From IMG/VR virus record IMGVR_UViG_2974719393_000001, positions 14,072 to 78,071 of that record: DNA of 64,000 bases, one strand, 5' to 3'. The notes beneath the pieces are model-generated. The model was not told the origin of the DNA and ran no database searches. It saw nothing but the letters and a program-made list of their open reading frames with translations. The position numbers and the translations under genes are program-made. This document shows, in pieces, positions 49,384 to 58,190 of this stretch; within the stretch, counting starts at the first letter, position 1; every line of letters begins with the position of its first letter. The DNA is from a virus (Duplodnaviria > Caudoviricetes).

Positions 49384-49743
49384 ATGAAAAAACCAATCTT
49401 AGTCCTAGCTAATGGGACTGTTATTGATACCCCAGAATATGTGTGCAAAGACTCAATCAATTCATCCTACGTGTCTTTTCGCTGGATTACATGTGACGGG
49501 GTTCAAGTCATTCAAGACCGAGAATACGGTTGCAAAAATTTAAGCATGCCTGAGCTGAAGCGTCGTAAAGAAGACCTCGAAGAAGCTATGGAGTTCCATA
49601 AAAACAAGGTAGACCAACAGCACCGTGCAGAACTTTTACTAATCCGCTACGACCAATGTCTGCAACATATGGCATTACGTCTTATCGGTATCCGACATGA
49701 GGGCACACCAAGTGAAAACCTCAAACACACGTTCAGGGGTTAG
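49384..49743 (+). CDS. small protein, family B
   Basis: LQHMALRLIG near C-terminus. Confidence 0.6.
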   Translation: MKKPILVLANGTVIDTPEYVCKDSINSSYVSFRWITCDGVQVIQDREYGCKNLSMPELKRRKEDLEEAMEFHKNKVDQQHRAELLLIRYDQCLQHMALRLIGIRHEGTPSENLKHTFRG

Positions 49744-50092
49744 TGTTGCTAGTAATGGTTATTTTGTTACACGCATCTTAAATTACTACCCCGGACTGAC
49801 GGTCGAGGACTACAACAAAATCATGGACCTCGAATATGACAACCGTCAGCACCTTCAAGGCATAGCCAATGCCCTAGGATTTACATTCCACACTTGCCCA
49901 ACGGTAGTAGTGAAGGAATATTATTTGGAGAAGTACCCCGATGACATCATCCTCGCGAAATACTGGACAGCAAGAATTACCCGCGCTCAATCGTTCTCGC
50001 CAACTAAGCAACGACGCCTACAAAAAGCAGCTGGATTTGCGACACTCTATGGAGGCTCAACTAAGGTCACACGGATTCCAGGTCACCCTTAG
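49697..50092 (+). CDS. hypothetical protein with PolA O-helix-like C-terminal motif
   Basis: KQRRLQKAAGFATLYGGS. Confidence 0.6.
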   Translation: MRAHQVKTSNTRSGVSVASNGYFVTRILNYYPGLTVEDYNKIMDLEYDNRQHLQGIANALGFTFHTCPTVVVKEYYLEKYPDDIILAKYWTARITRAQSFSPTKQRRLQKAAGFATLYGGSTKVTRIPGHP

Positions 50093-50282
50093 CCAACCAG
50101 TAGTAGTATCTGGTTTCAAGCCTAGCTTTAACGTGCGTTGTCTGCAGATTCGATTGAATGGGGATTACCTTGGAATGTATAACCCATTCTACGGGCAGTT
50201 CTCAGTTAGCGATGCCAGACTCTCGGCATGGTGTCACATCATGGGAGAAAAATACTATGAGAACCAAAAAGCACGACTTTAG
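50049..50282 (+). CDS. array family A microprotein (divergent)
   Basis: YLGMY...LSAWCHIMG; start uncertain. Confidence 0.5.
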   Translation: MEAQLRSHGFQVTLSQPVVVSGFKPSFNVRCLQIRLNGDYLGMYNPFYGQFSVSDARLSAWCHIMGEKYYENQKARL

Positions 50283-50472
50283 TATGTTCACTACGCATGA
50301 ACTGACTAAAACCGTCGAAAAACACGAACGTATGATGGAATCGTTAGCAGAAGAAAACGGACACCTAGTTAGCGAGTGGTTGAGCCAAGCTAAGCAAGAA
50401 CTGACCATGCGATTGATAGCAGGAGATGACTATGCTACTAACCGACCTGATGCTGAAAGTGGAGAACGTTGA
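50257..50472 (+). CDS. small protein, family B
   Basis: GGAGA SD; AKQELTMRLIAG. Confidence 0.6.
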   Translation: MRTKKHDFSMFTTHELTKTVEKHERMMESLAEENGHLVSEWLSQAKQELTMRLIAGDDYATNRPDAESGER

Positions 50473-50713
50473 ACCAGGGGCTGAACTCAAAAGCCATGGG
50501 TATGGTCACTGGTCAATTGTAAACCCACGTAAACGCAATCCAACCCAAACCGACCAACCGCTTATGCTGGCCAGAGTCGTAACCTTCCCTGGTACACACC
50601 CAAAAACCGGCTCGCCTGTTAATAAAGTTGACCACGTAAAAATCGTAGGTAACACAGGTCCTCGCAAACAACTACGTGTATGGATGCTCTTATGGGGATT
50701 AACGCTCAAATGA
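50426..50713 (+). CDS. array family A microprotein
   Basis: Ends QLRVWMLLWGLTL. Confidence 0.6.
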   Translation: MTMLLTDLMLKVENVEPGAELKSHGYGHWSIVNPRKRNPTQTDQPLMLARVVTFPGTHPKTGSPVNKVDHVKIVGNTGPRKQLRVWMLLWGLTLK

Positions 50714-50973
50714 TAACTGATAAGCAGTTTGCAGAAATACTCAAACCATTGGACTTTGAATACGATACCAGTCACGACAACATTTATGTTGATGACGATG
50801 AGCTAATAGCAGTAGTTGACTCAATACCTGATGGTGATGACTGGAAGCGAGACTATTTTGTTGTGATGGTTCGTATACCAGATACGGATGACGAACGCAC
50901 ACTTGCGCTCCGCGCCGCGTGCGTTCTACACAATATCGAAGTGAGGGAGTTGAAAGACAGTGACCACCGATGA
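50710..50973 (+). CDS. array family A microprotein
   Basis: LRAACVLHNIEV; ATGA coupling. Confidence 0.7.
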   Translation: MITDKQFAEILKPLDFEYDTSHDNIYVDDDELIAVVDSIPDGDDWKRDYFVVMVRIPDTDDERTLALRAACVLHNIEVRELKDSDHR

Positions 50974-51289
50974 ATTTTACGACTTGATGCAACGACTTCG
51001 CATCCGTCATGACCCGAAAAACCACTACATCTTTCTTGACCATAAAGACTTAACAGGCGGCAACATTACTGGTGCCTACGTTTTCGATAAACGAACCCTA
51101 GATAATCAGACCATTGTCAAGAAAGTAACCTTCTACTGTCGTGCACCCGAAATGGATGAAGTACGCATGCATTGTATGTTGCATGGTGTTGAGGTAGCCG
51201 GTTTCTGTTATACCCGTGACCCAAGCGAAATTGAGGAGAAGCTGTATGCGCGAGGCCGATATCGAGACAGTCGAGCAAACGCTAAATAA
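50960..51289 (+). CDS. array family A microprotein
   Basis: VRMHCMLHGVEV. Confidence 0.7.
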   Translation: MTTDEFYDLMQRLRIRHDPKNHYIFLDHKDLTGGNITGAYVFDKRTLDNQTIVKKVTFYCRAPEMDEVRMHCMLHGVEVAGFCYTRDPSEIEEKLYARGRYRDSRANAK

Positions 51290-51551
51290 CTACTTGTTCG
51301 AACACTTGCCTGAGTATCACGTTATGCGTTATCACAATCAATTGCGTTTGTTCATCGAACCAATTAGTGGTGGTAACGCAGCAGCTCAATATATCCACAT
51401 AACTAAGGCCATACATCCATTTAAAGTTATGGGATTACCAGAAGAACTTGAACGTGTATTACGTGTGTTCTGCTTGTTACACGATTTGGCTTATCACGAC
51501 ATAACCATAACGGAGCCGGCTGATGACGAAAACTACTCACTCCGTCCGTAA
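51246..51551 (+). CDS. array family A microprotein
   Basis: LRVFCLLHDLAY; GAGGAG SD. Confidence 0.7.
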   Translation: MREADIETVEQTLNNYLFEHLPEYHVMRYHNQLRLFIEPISGGNAAAQYIHITKAIHPFKVMGLPEELERVLRVFCLLHDLAYHDITITEPADDENYSLRP

Positions 51552-51834
51552 CCCATATGGACCAACCCATAATGAAAAAATTATGAGTGTCGTACAACTT
51601 CAAGGACTTGATAAAACCATTGAAGAAATGACTGATGAAGGGATAGAAAATATGCTGGATTCGTTCACTCGTACGCTGCTCCGGGGCAACCATGCTGACA
51701 AGCCGGGTTTTCATGACTACCTGGAAGAAGCCATCAGTCTAATGAAACAGGAACTTGCCCATCGAACCATAGGCTCTAAACCTCATGTTGTTTGGGAAGA
51801 AGGCCGGCAATTCAAAAGGACCTACTATGAGTGA
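51523..51834 (+). CDS. small protein, family B
   Basis: MKQELAHRTIG. Confidence 0.62.
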   Translation: MTKTTHSVRNPYGPTHNEKIMSVVQLQGLDKTIEEMTDEGIENMLDSFTRTLLRGNHADKPGFHDYLEEAISLMKQELAHRTIGSKPHVVWEEGRQFKRTYYE

Positions 51835-52141
51835 CCCAACAATGGCAGATGTGCGCGGCGCACTGGAAGCCTCCGGCTTGCCAGTGTTACATAGCGGTTA
51901 TTCTCTGCGTTTCCCTAACTCTCCTCTCATCTTCCGCATGGACTCTGGCTACAAAGTAGTGGCCTTGTACTGTGGGGACTTCAAGGAGGAATTCATTTCT
52001 GAAACCGACAAAAAGATATTCGCTATCGCTGCCATATTCGATATCGAGCGTTCTGACTTCGGTATTAAAACAAGTCGAGGCAAATATGTTACTGACTTCA
52101 GCTCAAGAAGCTCTGAGAAAAAGTGGATATCGATTCCTTAG
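51827..52141 (+). CDS. array family A microprotein
   Basis: IFAIAAIFDIE; AAGGA SD. Confidence 0.62.
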   Translation: MSDPTMADVRGALEASGLPVLHSGYSLRFPNSPLIFRMDSGYKVVALYCGDFKEEFISETDKKIFAIAAIFDIERSDFGIKTSRGKYVTDFSSRSSEKKWISIP

Positions 52142-52304
52142 TGGTCACATCATCAAAAACAATATGACCTACGGATTCTATGCTACGAGTTCTACTAAGA
52201 AATTTGGTACGTATGTCGATGAGCATATTTATATGGTCAAAACCTGTAGTCGCGAAGTAGCTGCAGTAATGGTGGTGAACAATGTCGAAGTTATCAAATA
52301 CTAA
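52086..52304 (+). CDS. array family A microprotein
   Basis: YGFY...VAAVMVVNNVEV; GAGG SD. Confidence 0.65.
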   Translation: MLLTSAQEALRKSGYRFLSGHIIKNNMTYGFYATSSTKKFGTYVDEHIYMVKTCSREVAAVMVVNNVEVIKY

Positions 52305-52575
52305 GCGTGCAGATGCATTCGGTGACAAAGTAAAGCGAGTAGTTGCAGCTATTGAGTGTACAGTCGATGTAGGTGACTTCATCATATGGGGCGGCCTAAA
52401 CATCGGTATCCTAACTAGTCGTGGTGATTGGCAAACAGGTGAAGTAACTGAGTTTGTCATGATATCTGTTCGTGGATTGCCAATAGAAAAAGAGCTGATG
52501 ACTCACCTCACTTTACATGACATTCCCTTTGTCAAACATGACAGAAGAGAGGAGCCAGGTAAATGGAACCGATGA
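52282..52575 (+). CDS. array family A microprotein
   Basis: NIGIL...LMTHLTLHDIPF. Confidence 0.68.
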   Translation: MSKLSNTKRADAFGDKVKRVVAAIECTVDVGDFIIWGGLNIGILTSRGDWQTGEVTEFVMISVRGLPIEKELMTHLTLHDIPFVKHDRREEPGKWNR

Positions 52576-52787
52576 AACCATCTAGATTCCTAATCATGCT
52601 CAAGAATCACTTCGGATATCGAATCAGTCCAAAAGTCGCTAATGGGCGTGACCTATATCTGAATGGTTGGGCAGGCTACCTTAGCTATGACGGTATGACG
52701 GACAGACCAAGAGGGTTTGTTATCGGCGCTAAAGGGCAGCACCTAAAAGCCATGTGCATTCTCCATGACCAGAGGATTCTCGAATGA
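52563..52787 (+). CDS. array family A microprotein
   Basis: AGYL...LKAMCILHDQRI. Confidence 0.7.
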   Translation: MEPMKPSRFLIMLKNHFGYRISPKVANGRDLYLNGWAGYLSYDGMTDRPRGFVIGAKGQHLKAMCILHDQRILE

Positions 52788-53050
52788 AACAGATTAGCAA
52801 CGTTCAGCTAACTGACTTAGCCAAAAAAGTTGGCCTAGTAGTAAACTTTGAATATCACCTACTGCACTTGGTTAACTCCAAAGAAACAATAGGGCATTGG
52901 TCTTCTGCTAAGGGCTGGGTTAAACAAGTCACATTACACGGCAATACTGCTGATAACGACAAAGTTAAAGAATTCCGTGTTCTGTTACTAATTAACGATG
53001 TCAATTGTCGTGTGACCGATAAAATCACTATAACGAAGGACTTTCGATGA
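52784..53050 (+). CDS. array family A microprotein
   Basis: IGHW...FRVLLLINDVNC. Confidence 0.68.
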   Translation: MKQISNVQLTDLAKKVGLVVNFEYHLLHLVNSKETIGHWSSAKGWVKQVTLHGNTADNDKVKEFRVLLLINDVNCRVTDKITITKDFR

Positions 53051-53301
53051 ATACCTTCTCAAAAATCAATGCCGACCTGAAGCAGTATGGACTTCAACTG
53101 GAACAAGCCATTGCTCGTCAATGGTACATAACCAATGAAGGTGAGTACGGCAGGGGCCAAATCCATGGGTATTTTAAATACAACCGAGGTACTGACATAG
53201 CCGAGACACTTCTGGTGTACAAGACTTCAGGCCATAAAGAACTACTGTTGACACTTAATACTACTATCTGGGATTGCGTATTAACTGGAGGTACTGATTA
53301 A
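53047..53301 (+). CDS. array family A microprotein
   Basis: HGYF...LLTLNTTIWDCVL. Confidence 0.65.
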   Translation: MNTFSKINADLKQYGLQLEQAIARQWYITNEGEYGRGQIHGYFKYNRGTDIAETLLVYKTSGHKELLLTLNTTIWDCVLTGGTD

Positions 53302-53579
53302 TGAGAATAGTAAGAGAACTGATGCAAACCATGTTGGATTGGATGCCAGGCTACTACGCAATAGAAGACAAGAACCTAATGCACTATTGGCACCTCCGTA
53401 CATCAGCTAAAGGCCGCAGTCGTGGAACCATAGTGTTTGACCATCAATACGGACTCCGCGTTCGTTTAGACGACGCCGACTTAGTTAAGGAGCTAAGGAC
53501 CAAAGTCCTTATCAATAACATGGAAGGTGCCGTAACCATCTACTACATCAACCCGAGGTTACCTCATGCGTCTGACTAG
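53301..53579 (+). CDS. array family A microprotein
   Basis: RGTI...LRTKVLINNME; GGAGG SD. Confidence 0.68.
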   Translation: MRIVRELMQTMLDWMPGYYAIEDKNLMHYWHLRTSAKGRSRGTIVFDHQYGLRVRLDDADLVKELRTKVLINNMEGAVTIYYINPRLPHASD

Positions 53580-53862
53580 TTTTGTAAAAATCATTGAGCT
53601 CACCTTCCCTGATATGGTGTGCCAGTTCATTGATAATGGTACAGCTGTGCACGTCCGTCGAGTAAACCATACTCGCAAATCAGGGTGGGAGTCAGTAGCT
53701 TATGTGTCCACATGGGACATCCCAAACCGCCGTCGTAAGTTAACCAAGCATGGCTCACCACAAGTAACGTACATTCGTAACTGCACTCATAAAGGTATGC
53801 GTGCCTTGGCCACAGTACATGGCATCGAGGTCATGGACAAATATGAAGGATTGAAGCTATGA
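53566..53862 (+). CDS. array family A microprotein
   Basis: VAYV...MRALATVHGIEV. Confidence 0.7.
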   Translation: MRLTSFVKIIELTFPDMVCQFIDNGTAVHVRRVNHTRKSGWESVAYVSTWDIPNRRRKLTKHGSPQVTYIRNCTHKGMRALATVHGIEVMDKYEGLKL

Positions 53863-54119
53863 CTAAACAAGAATTTGCTGAAGCATGTGCAGGGGTCGGG
53901 GTATGGTTCAATCCAAAGTCCCTACGCATCTACCGTAACTATGGCTTCTCCCACCAAATTGGATATATCACTACAGATTATCAGGGAAACGTACAAAGGG
54001 TGGTCCTGCTTGAATCTACTAATGAGCTTGAATGCTTTAAGGCGTTGCGCACACTAATAATGATTCATGGTTTATCAGAAGCCAAGTTATCTACTGACTG
54101 GGGGAGACAGATGGGATGA
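53859..54119 (+). CDS. array family A microprotein
   Basis: IGYI...LRTLIMIHGLSE. Confidence 0.7.
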   Translation: MTKQEFAEACAGVGVWFNPKSLRIYRNYGFSHQIGYITTDYQGNVQRVVLLESTNELECFKALRTLIMIHGLSEAKLSTDWGRQMG

Positions 54120-54358
54120 CTAAGAGCGAAGCGAACAAACTTATCTTTAATCAGCATGGCTACTACATTGCTTCTTCTGGTGGTTTGTATTTAATCGGTG
54201 GAGGTAAAATTGGTATTTGTGCTTTTGAATGGAATGCCCCACGACACATTCTTCGAGTAAACATTCTTGCAGATGCCATCAATGGGCCTCAAATGAAGGA
54301 GATACAAACCCTTTGTCTGCTACACGACATAAGATTAAAAATACTGGAGAACTCATGA
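54116..54358 (+). CDS. array family A microprotein
   Basis: IGIC...IQTLCLLHDIRL. Confidence 0.7.
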   Translation: MTKSEANKLIFNQHGYYIASSGGLYLIGGGKIGICAFEWNAPRHILRVNILADAINGPQMKEIQTLCLLHDIRLKILENS

Positions 54359-54630
54359 CGTACCTTCAATTTATCCACCGTATTACTGGCCCAATTGGAG
54401 TAGCAATATTCCCATCCTCGGGCAATCTGTACTACAACCACGTCCGTGTAGGCTACCTAGACTTCAACCGTCACTCTGAAGAACAGGAAGTTAACTTCTT
54501 CCGTCCAGCATCAATACCGCGCACCATTGGTCCAGATAGAAGCGAAGAGGAGAAGTTACGTGACATCGTTAAACAACTAACTGCCCTCTCTGTCATCCAT
54601 AGCGTAGAGGTAAGGAATATTGCATGCTAA
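54355..54630 (+). CDS. array family A microprotein
   Basis: VGYL...LTALSVIHSVEV; GGAGA SD. Confidence 0.7.
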   Translation: MTYLQFIHRITGPIGVAIFPSSGNLYYNHVRVGYLDFNRHSEEQEVNFFRPASIPRTIGPDRSEEEKLRDIVKQLTALSVIHSVEVRNIAC

Positions 54631-54860
54631 TGGCTCATATGGCAGGCACACTCGCCAAATATGGTATCTACCTTCACCCAAATGGTGTCATCAAGATTGA
54701 TGGTGACCGAGTAGTAGGCGGTGTTAGTAGCTTTTGTCCATATACCCACCAAACATACTTAGACCCACAAGGCAGACATGTAGCAATGTTCGTAGCCCAG
54801 TACTCAGACCCAGCAATCAAAACACTAGCATTCATCCATGGGGTAGGAGTGCACCAGTAA
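54624..54860 (+). CDS. array family A microprotein
   Basis: VGGV...IKTLAFIHGVGV. Confidence 0.7.
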   Translation: MLMAHMAGTLAKYGIYLHPNGVIKIDGDRVVGGVSSFCPYTHQTYLDPQGRHVAMFVAQYSDPAIKTLAFIHGVGVHQ

Positions 54861-55011
54861 AAGGTCGCAGGTTTTTCGGAAAAAATAATAATTTTGTACA
54901 GGTGTAGTATACATACATCGAACACCTCAGAAAGAACCTACCCCCCCGGTACTTACACCTGAGACTCCGTCTCATACAGGCAATCATGCCCTAACTACCG
55001 AGGATATCCTT
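54861..55011. other. probable genome terminus / terminal-repeat region
   Basis: Non-coding gap with a C7 run, immediately upstream of the first vRNAP promoter and the gp1-like gene, which begin N4-like genomes. Confidence 0.55.
54960..54980 (+). promoter_or_regulatory. vRNAP hairpin promoter 1
   Basis: TGAGAC-TCC-GTCTCA-TAC-AGG. Confidence 0.85.
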
Positions 55012-55338
55012 ATGTTCAAAGCAATCAAAGCACTATTCAAAGCGTTCATCTCACTAATGAACATCATCACTGGCCTTATCAACCTAGGCGGTGACGCAAT
55101 GAGTGATGCCTCTCGTGAATACGGTGACTGGTCAAACAGACGTCAGGCTACCAAGTCACGTCTAACCACATTCAACGATAACTTCGATGCACTCGAAGAA
55201 CTAGCAGACAAACTGCAAGACATCGAAACATCTGACATCCCAGAAGATGTCAAGGTAATCCTACGTGCAGAAATCAATGCACAAATCGACCAGTTCAAAA
55301 CAACAGAAACAGCACCAGCTGTTGACCCTAACGCATAA
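55012..55338 (+). CDS. first early gene (N4 gp1-like)
   Basis: MFKAIKALFKAF amphipathic start, 108 aa, GAGGA SD, first gene after promoter 1. Confidence 0.7.
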   Translation: MFKAIKALFKAFISLMNIITGLINLGGDAMSDASREYGDWSNRRQATKSRLTTFNDNFDALEELADKLQDIETSDIPEDVKVILRAEINAQIDQFKTTETAPAVDPNA

Positions 55339-55340
55339 CC

Positions 55341-55369
55341 TCTCAGGGCTCCTACGGGAGCCCTAGAGA
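55341..55369 (+). terminator. stem-loop with UACG tetraloop after gp1-like gene
   Basis: AGGGCTCC-TACG-GGAGCCCT; no U-tract. Confidence 0.6.
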
Positions 55370-55404
55370 AGACTTACACCTAAGATGGTAATAGCCTAGA
55401 CTAA

Positions 55405-55426
55405 ATGCACCTTCGGTGCATATAGG
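55405..55426 (+). promoter_or_regulatory. vRNAP hairpin promoter 2
   Basis: ATGCACC-TTC-GGTGCAT-AT-AGG. Confidence 0.82.
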
Positions 55427-55553
55427 TAGGTTTAAGAAGCTCTCTATGCGTACTACAAGGCTACCTTTCCATGTTACCTCTTCAGATTGCCACTACTTGC
55501 CACTAACCTACACTTCACTCATCTCATTCTCATCAACTACATGGACACTACAC

Positions 55554-56144
55554 ATGACTCAACATAAACTCTTTGGAGTTGGTATCAATGATTGTGATTA
55601 CAATCCTACTCCCAAACAAACTATCGATGGTAAGCGTGTAACGCTTCCTCCTTGTCCTTATTACACTCTCTGGACAAACATGCTAAGTCGATGCTACTCA
55701 TCCTCTAAACAACGCACACAACCAACCTATGCAGGTTGTACTGTTGACTCTCAATGGCACACATTCAGTGTATTCAAAGAATGGCTGATAGCTCATCACT
55801 TCACTCAAGGTATGCACCTTGATAAAGACCTACTAATTGATGGTAATAAACACTACTCACCTACTACTTGTGTATTACTACCTAAATCAATTAACTCATT
55901 CCTCACTGACAAACAAAAGCCAAGAGAACTCCCAACTGGCATTTATGAAGCCAATGGTAAGTACTATGCAATGGTCAAAGACACCGAGCTAAACAAGAAG
56001 GTCACATCACATCGAGTGGACACTATTGAAGAGGTTGTTGAACTACGCAACAACGCCAAACGCAACAACCTCAAATACCTCATCAACAAAGAGAACATCA
56101 CTGACCAACTCATCATCAATAAACTCATGGAGAGATACTCATGA
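55554..56144 (+). CDS. HNH-like homing endonuclease
   Basis: GVGIND, W.NMLSRCY, PTYAGCTV..W..FS.FKEW, LDKDLL..GNKHYSPTTC. Confidence 0.8.
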   Translation: MTQHKLFGVGINDCDYNPTPKQTIDGKRVTLPPCPYYTLWTNMLSRCYSSSKQRTQPTYAGCTVDSQWHTFSVFKEWLIAHHFTQGMHLDKDLLIDGNKHYSPTTCVLLPKSINSFLTDKQKPRELPTGIYEANGKYYAMVKDTELNKKVTSHRVDTIEEVVELRNNAKRNNLKYLINKENITDQLIINKLMERYS

Positions 56145-56590
56145 AACTACTAACTCTAGCTCTACTAGCACTCTCTATGAGTGCTACTGCTAACACTCAA
56201 CTAGAACGCTTCAACAAAGAACAGGACATCATTGAATCAATAGCTATCTGTTCGTACATGTACCCAAGTAACGCTAACGCGTTACTTGTGCAAGCTACAC
56301 AACGCTACGCAAAAATAGGTAAAGACATACTCATACCTGAACTAACCAAAGACAAAGATGCCAGTATTTACTCTGAGTACAAGGAAGCTGGTATCAATGA
56401 CGATATGTTCATTGGCATGGCAATGGCAGGTACATTTGAGCGTGCTCAAGACATAGCTGATGCACGCATTGAAGACTACTTGCTCAACATCGATGTACCT
56501 TGGCACATGTACCTCAACATGAAGCCTGAGCAAAAGAGAACAGCACTGGCACCACTACGTAAGAAGTCAGGTTGTCATCTAATACCCTAG
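56141..56590 (+). CDS. early exported protein (Sec signal peptide)
   Basis: MKLLTLALLALSMSATA/N; GGAGA SD. Confidence 0.7.
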   Translation: MKLLTLALLALSMSATANTQLERFNKEQDIIESIAICSYMYPSNANALLVQATQRYAKIGKDILIPELTKDKDASIYSEYKEAGINDDMFIGMAMAGTFERAQDIADARIEDYLLNIDVPWHMYLNMKPEQKRTALAPLRKKSGCHLIP

Positions 56591-56609
56591 TCACTCCGTG
56601 ACATAGAGG
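56590..56609 (+). promoter_or_regulatory. vRNAP hairpin promoter 3
   Basis: GTCAC-TCC-GTGAC-ATAG-AGG. Confidence 0.85.
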
Positions 56610-56647
56610 CATCATTTAAGGTGCCTCAATCCAACTAAGGAGTACCT

Positions 56648-56944
56648 ATGTGTAAGTGTCACTCATACAACAAAGACACCGGTATTACCCCAAATGTCAT
56701 AGTACAACACCCTTATGAACCAGACAGAACTATTTGTTTAGATGCTTGTATTGCACCTGTAATACAACATTTATGGGCAAGGGGGTATTGGACATTGAAC
56801 TCATGTTGTGGGCACAACAAACAACCACCTAGCATAATCTTTGAAAAACTAACACATGATAAAGCTAAAGAAATAGCTGCATGTATCAAAGAAATAGACG
56901 TCCGCTGCTTCGATTTAATGGCATGGACACTCGTTAAATATTAA
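56648..56944 (+). CDS. hypothetical Cys/His-rich protein
   Basis: CxC, DACIA...GYWTLNSCCGH; AAGGAG SD. Confidence 0.7.
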   Translation: MCKCHSYNKDTGITPNVIVQHPYEPDRTICLDACIAPVIQHLWARGYWTLNSCCGHNKQPPSIIFEKLTHDKAKEIAACIKEIDVRCFDLMAWTLVKY

Positions 56945-56958
56945 CTAAGGAGCCAACC

Positions 56959-57219
56959 ATGGTCTTCACAAAACAACCTGTTGAAGCTGAACCAGAACCA
57001 GCTAAGTATGCATTTCGTAATGCACGCACTGGTGAGTGGTTGAAGTCATTCACACTTGAAAACGATGGACATCGTAATCGATGTGGCATCACACCGGCTG
57101 ATGATATCAGTCAGCGTCTTGAACTAAGCGCAAAGCCTTATGAACCTAATCAGGTGAGAATAGCGGAGTTACTCTCCAGCCTCTCTGATGATATTTGGGA
57201 GTCAGTATTAATATGTTAA
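56959..57219 (+). CDS. hypothetical protein
   Basis: AAGGAG SD. Confidence 0.7.
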   Translation: MVFTKQPVEAEPEPAKYAFRNARTGEWLKSFTLENDGHRNRCGITPADDISQRLELSAKPYEPNQVRIAELLSSLSDDIWESVLIC

Positions 57220-57536
57220 GCCACAACGCAAAGCAAACCTTGAAGCTAGGTGCAGCATACATTGCCATTGTATGGTCAATCATCATGTTCGTGATTGTGT
57301 GTAGTACTCCAGCCTCTGCTCATCCTAAATTTATCAGTGATAGTAAATATAAGTACGTTGTAGTGTGTGAACACAACGACATCACTTATACATACTACAC
57401 AAATAAGGTTAACGATTGGGATGTGAATTTTGTACTCACTGAACCAATCACAATCAATGAAATCACTCGCGAAGAAACCAAACTAGGTGAACAACTTGTT
57501 GTTTCTAACGTCAACTGTATGTTACTCAAAAAGTAA
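57213..57536 (+). CDS. hypothetical membrane-anchored or exported protein
   Basis: Hydrophobic N-terminal helix ending PASA/H. Confidence 0.65.
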   Translation: MLSHNAKQTLKLGAAYIAIVWSIIMFVIVCSTPASAHPKFISDSKYKYVVVCEHNDITYTYYTNKVNDWDVNFVLTEPITINEITREETKLGEQLVVSNVNCMLLKK

Positions 57537-57550
57537 CTAATCAACCTGTC

Positions 57551-57579
57551 GGAAAACACACACCTTTGGTGTGTTTTCC
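57551..57579 (+). other. intergenic stem-loop
   Basis: GGAAAAC(AC)ACACC-TTT-GGTGTGTTTTCC. Confidence 0.5.
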
Positions 57580-57600
57580 GTAGTTAAAGGAGAACCTGTT

Positions 57601-57792
57601 ATGCCACTATCGTGTTATCGAGAACTAAGTCATGCAGCTAGAGCTGAAGACCTAGCTATGGATGTGACTCAAGATACTCGTGAGAAGCTGCTTGATGAGA
57701 TGCAGCGCATCTACGCAGCACCACGTATCACTGACCAAAACAAAATGTGCATGGCGTACAACGTCATGATTATCAAAGGATACTCACTATGA
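57601..57792 (+). CDS. hypothetical protein
   Basis: AAAGGAG SD. Confidence 0.65.
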   Translation: MPLSCYRELSHAARAEDLAMDVTQDTREKLLDEMQRIYAAPRITDQNKMCMAYNVMIIKGYSL

Positions 57793-58190
57793 ACCAACAA
57801 CCTAATGCATGGCGCATTGAAGTGTTGAAAGAGAACCCAGAGTCACTACGTACACTAGCCAAAGCAGCTAAAGAAATGCTTTGGTCTATGACTGATAAAC
57901 AGTTGGGCTCGCCGTTCAACTACACATGCGCCAAACTACCTCAATGGGTAGACCGCAGCTACTCAAGTACTATCTTAGCCATCCTTGGTCATGAGTTTGC
58001 TTGGCATAACTATGGTGATGTTGAAACTAACTCTGCGTTTATCAATTGTCACATTGACTATACGTACTTTCATATCATTGAACATGGTGTAGACATTTGT
58101 TCCATCAAACGTGCTGCATTTATCACTCACCGTAAGATGTGGTTGAACTACATCATCAACATGGCAGAACTCTATGCACCTCTCGACTAA
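57789..58190 (+). CDS. hypothetical protein
   Basis: ATGA coupling, AAAGGA SD. Confidence 0.65.
   Translation: MNQQPNAWRIEVLKENPESLRTLAKAAKEMLWSMTDKQLGSPFNYTCAKLPQWVDRSYSSTILAILGHEFAWHNYGDVETNSAFINCHIDYTYFHIIEHGVDICSIKRAAFITHRKMWLNYIINMAELYAPLD

Noticed and set aside
50049-54860. Array as CRISPR, DGR or integron-like cassette system
   Set aside because: No nucleotide repeats, attC-like sites, reverse transcriptase or integrase seen; the genes overlap with no spacers.
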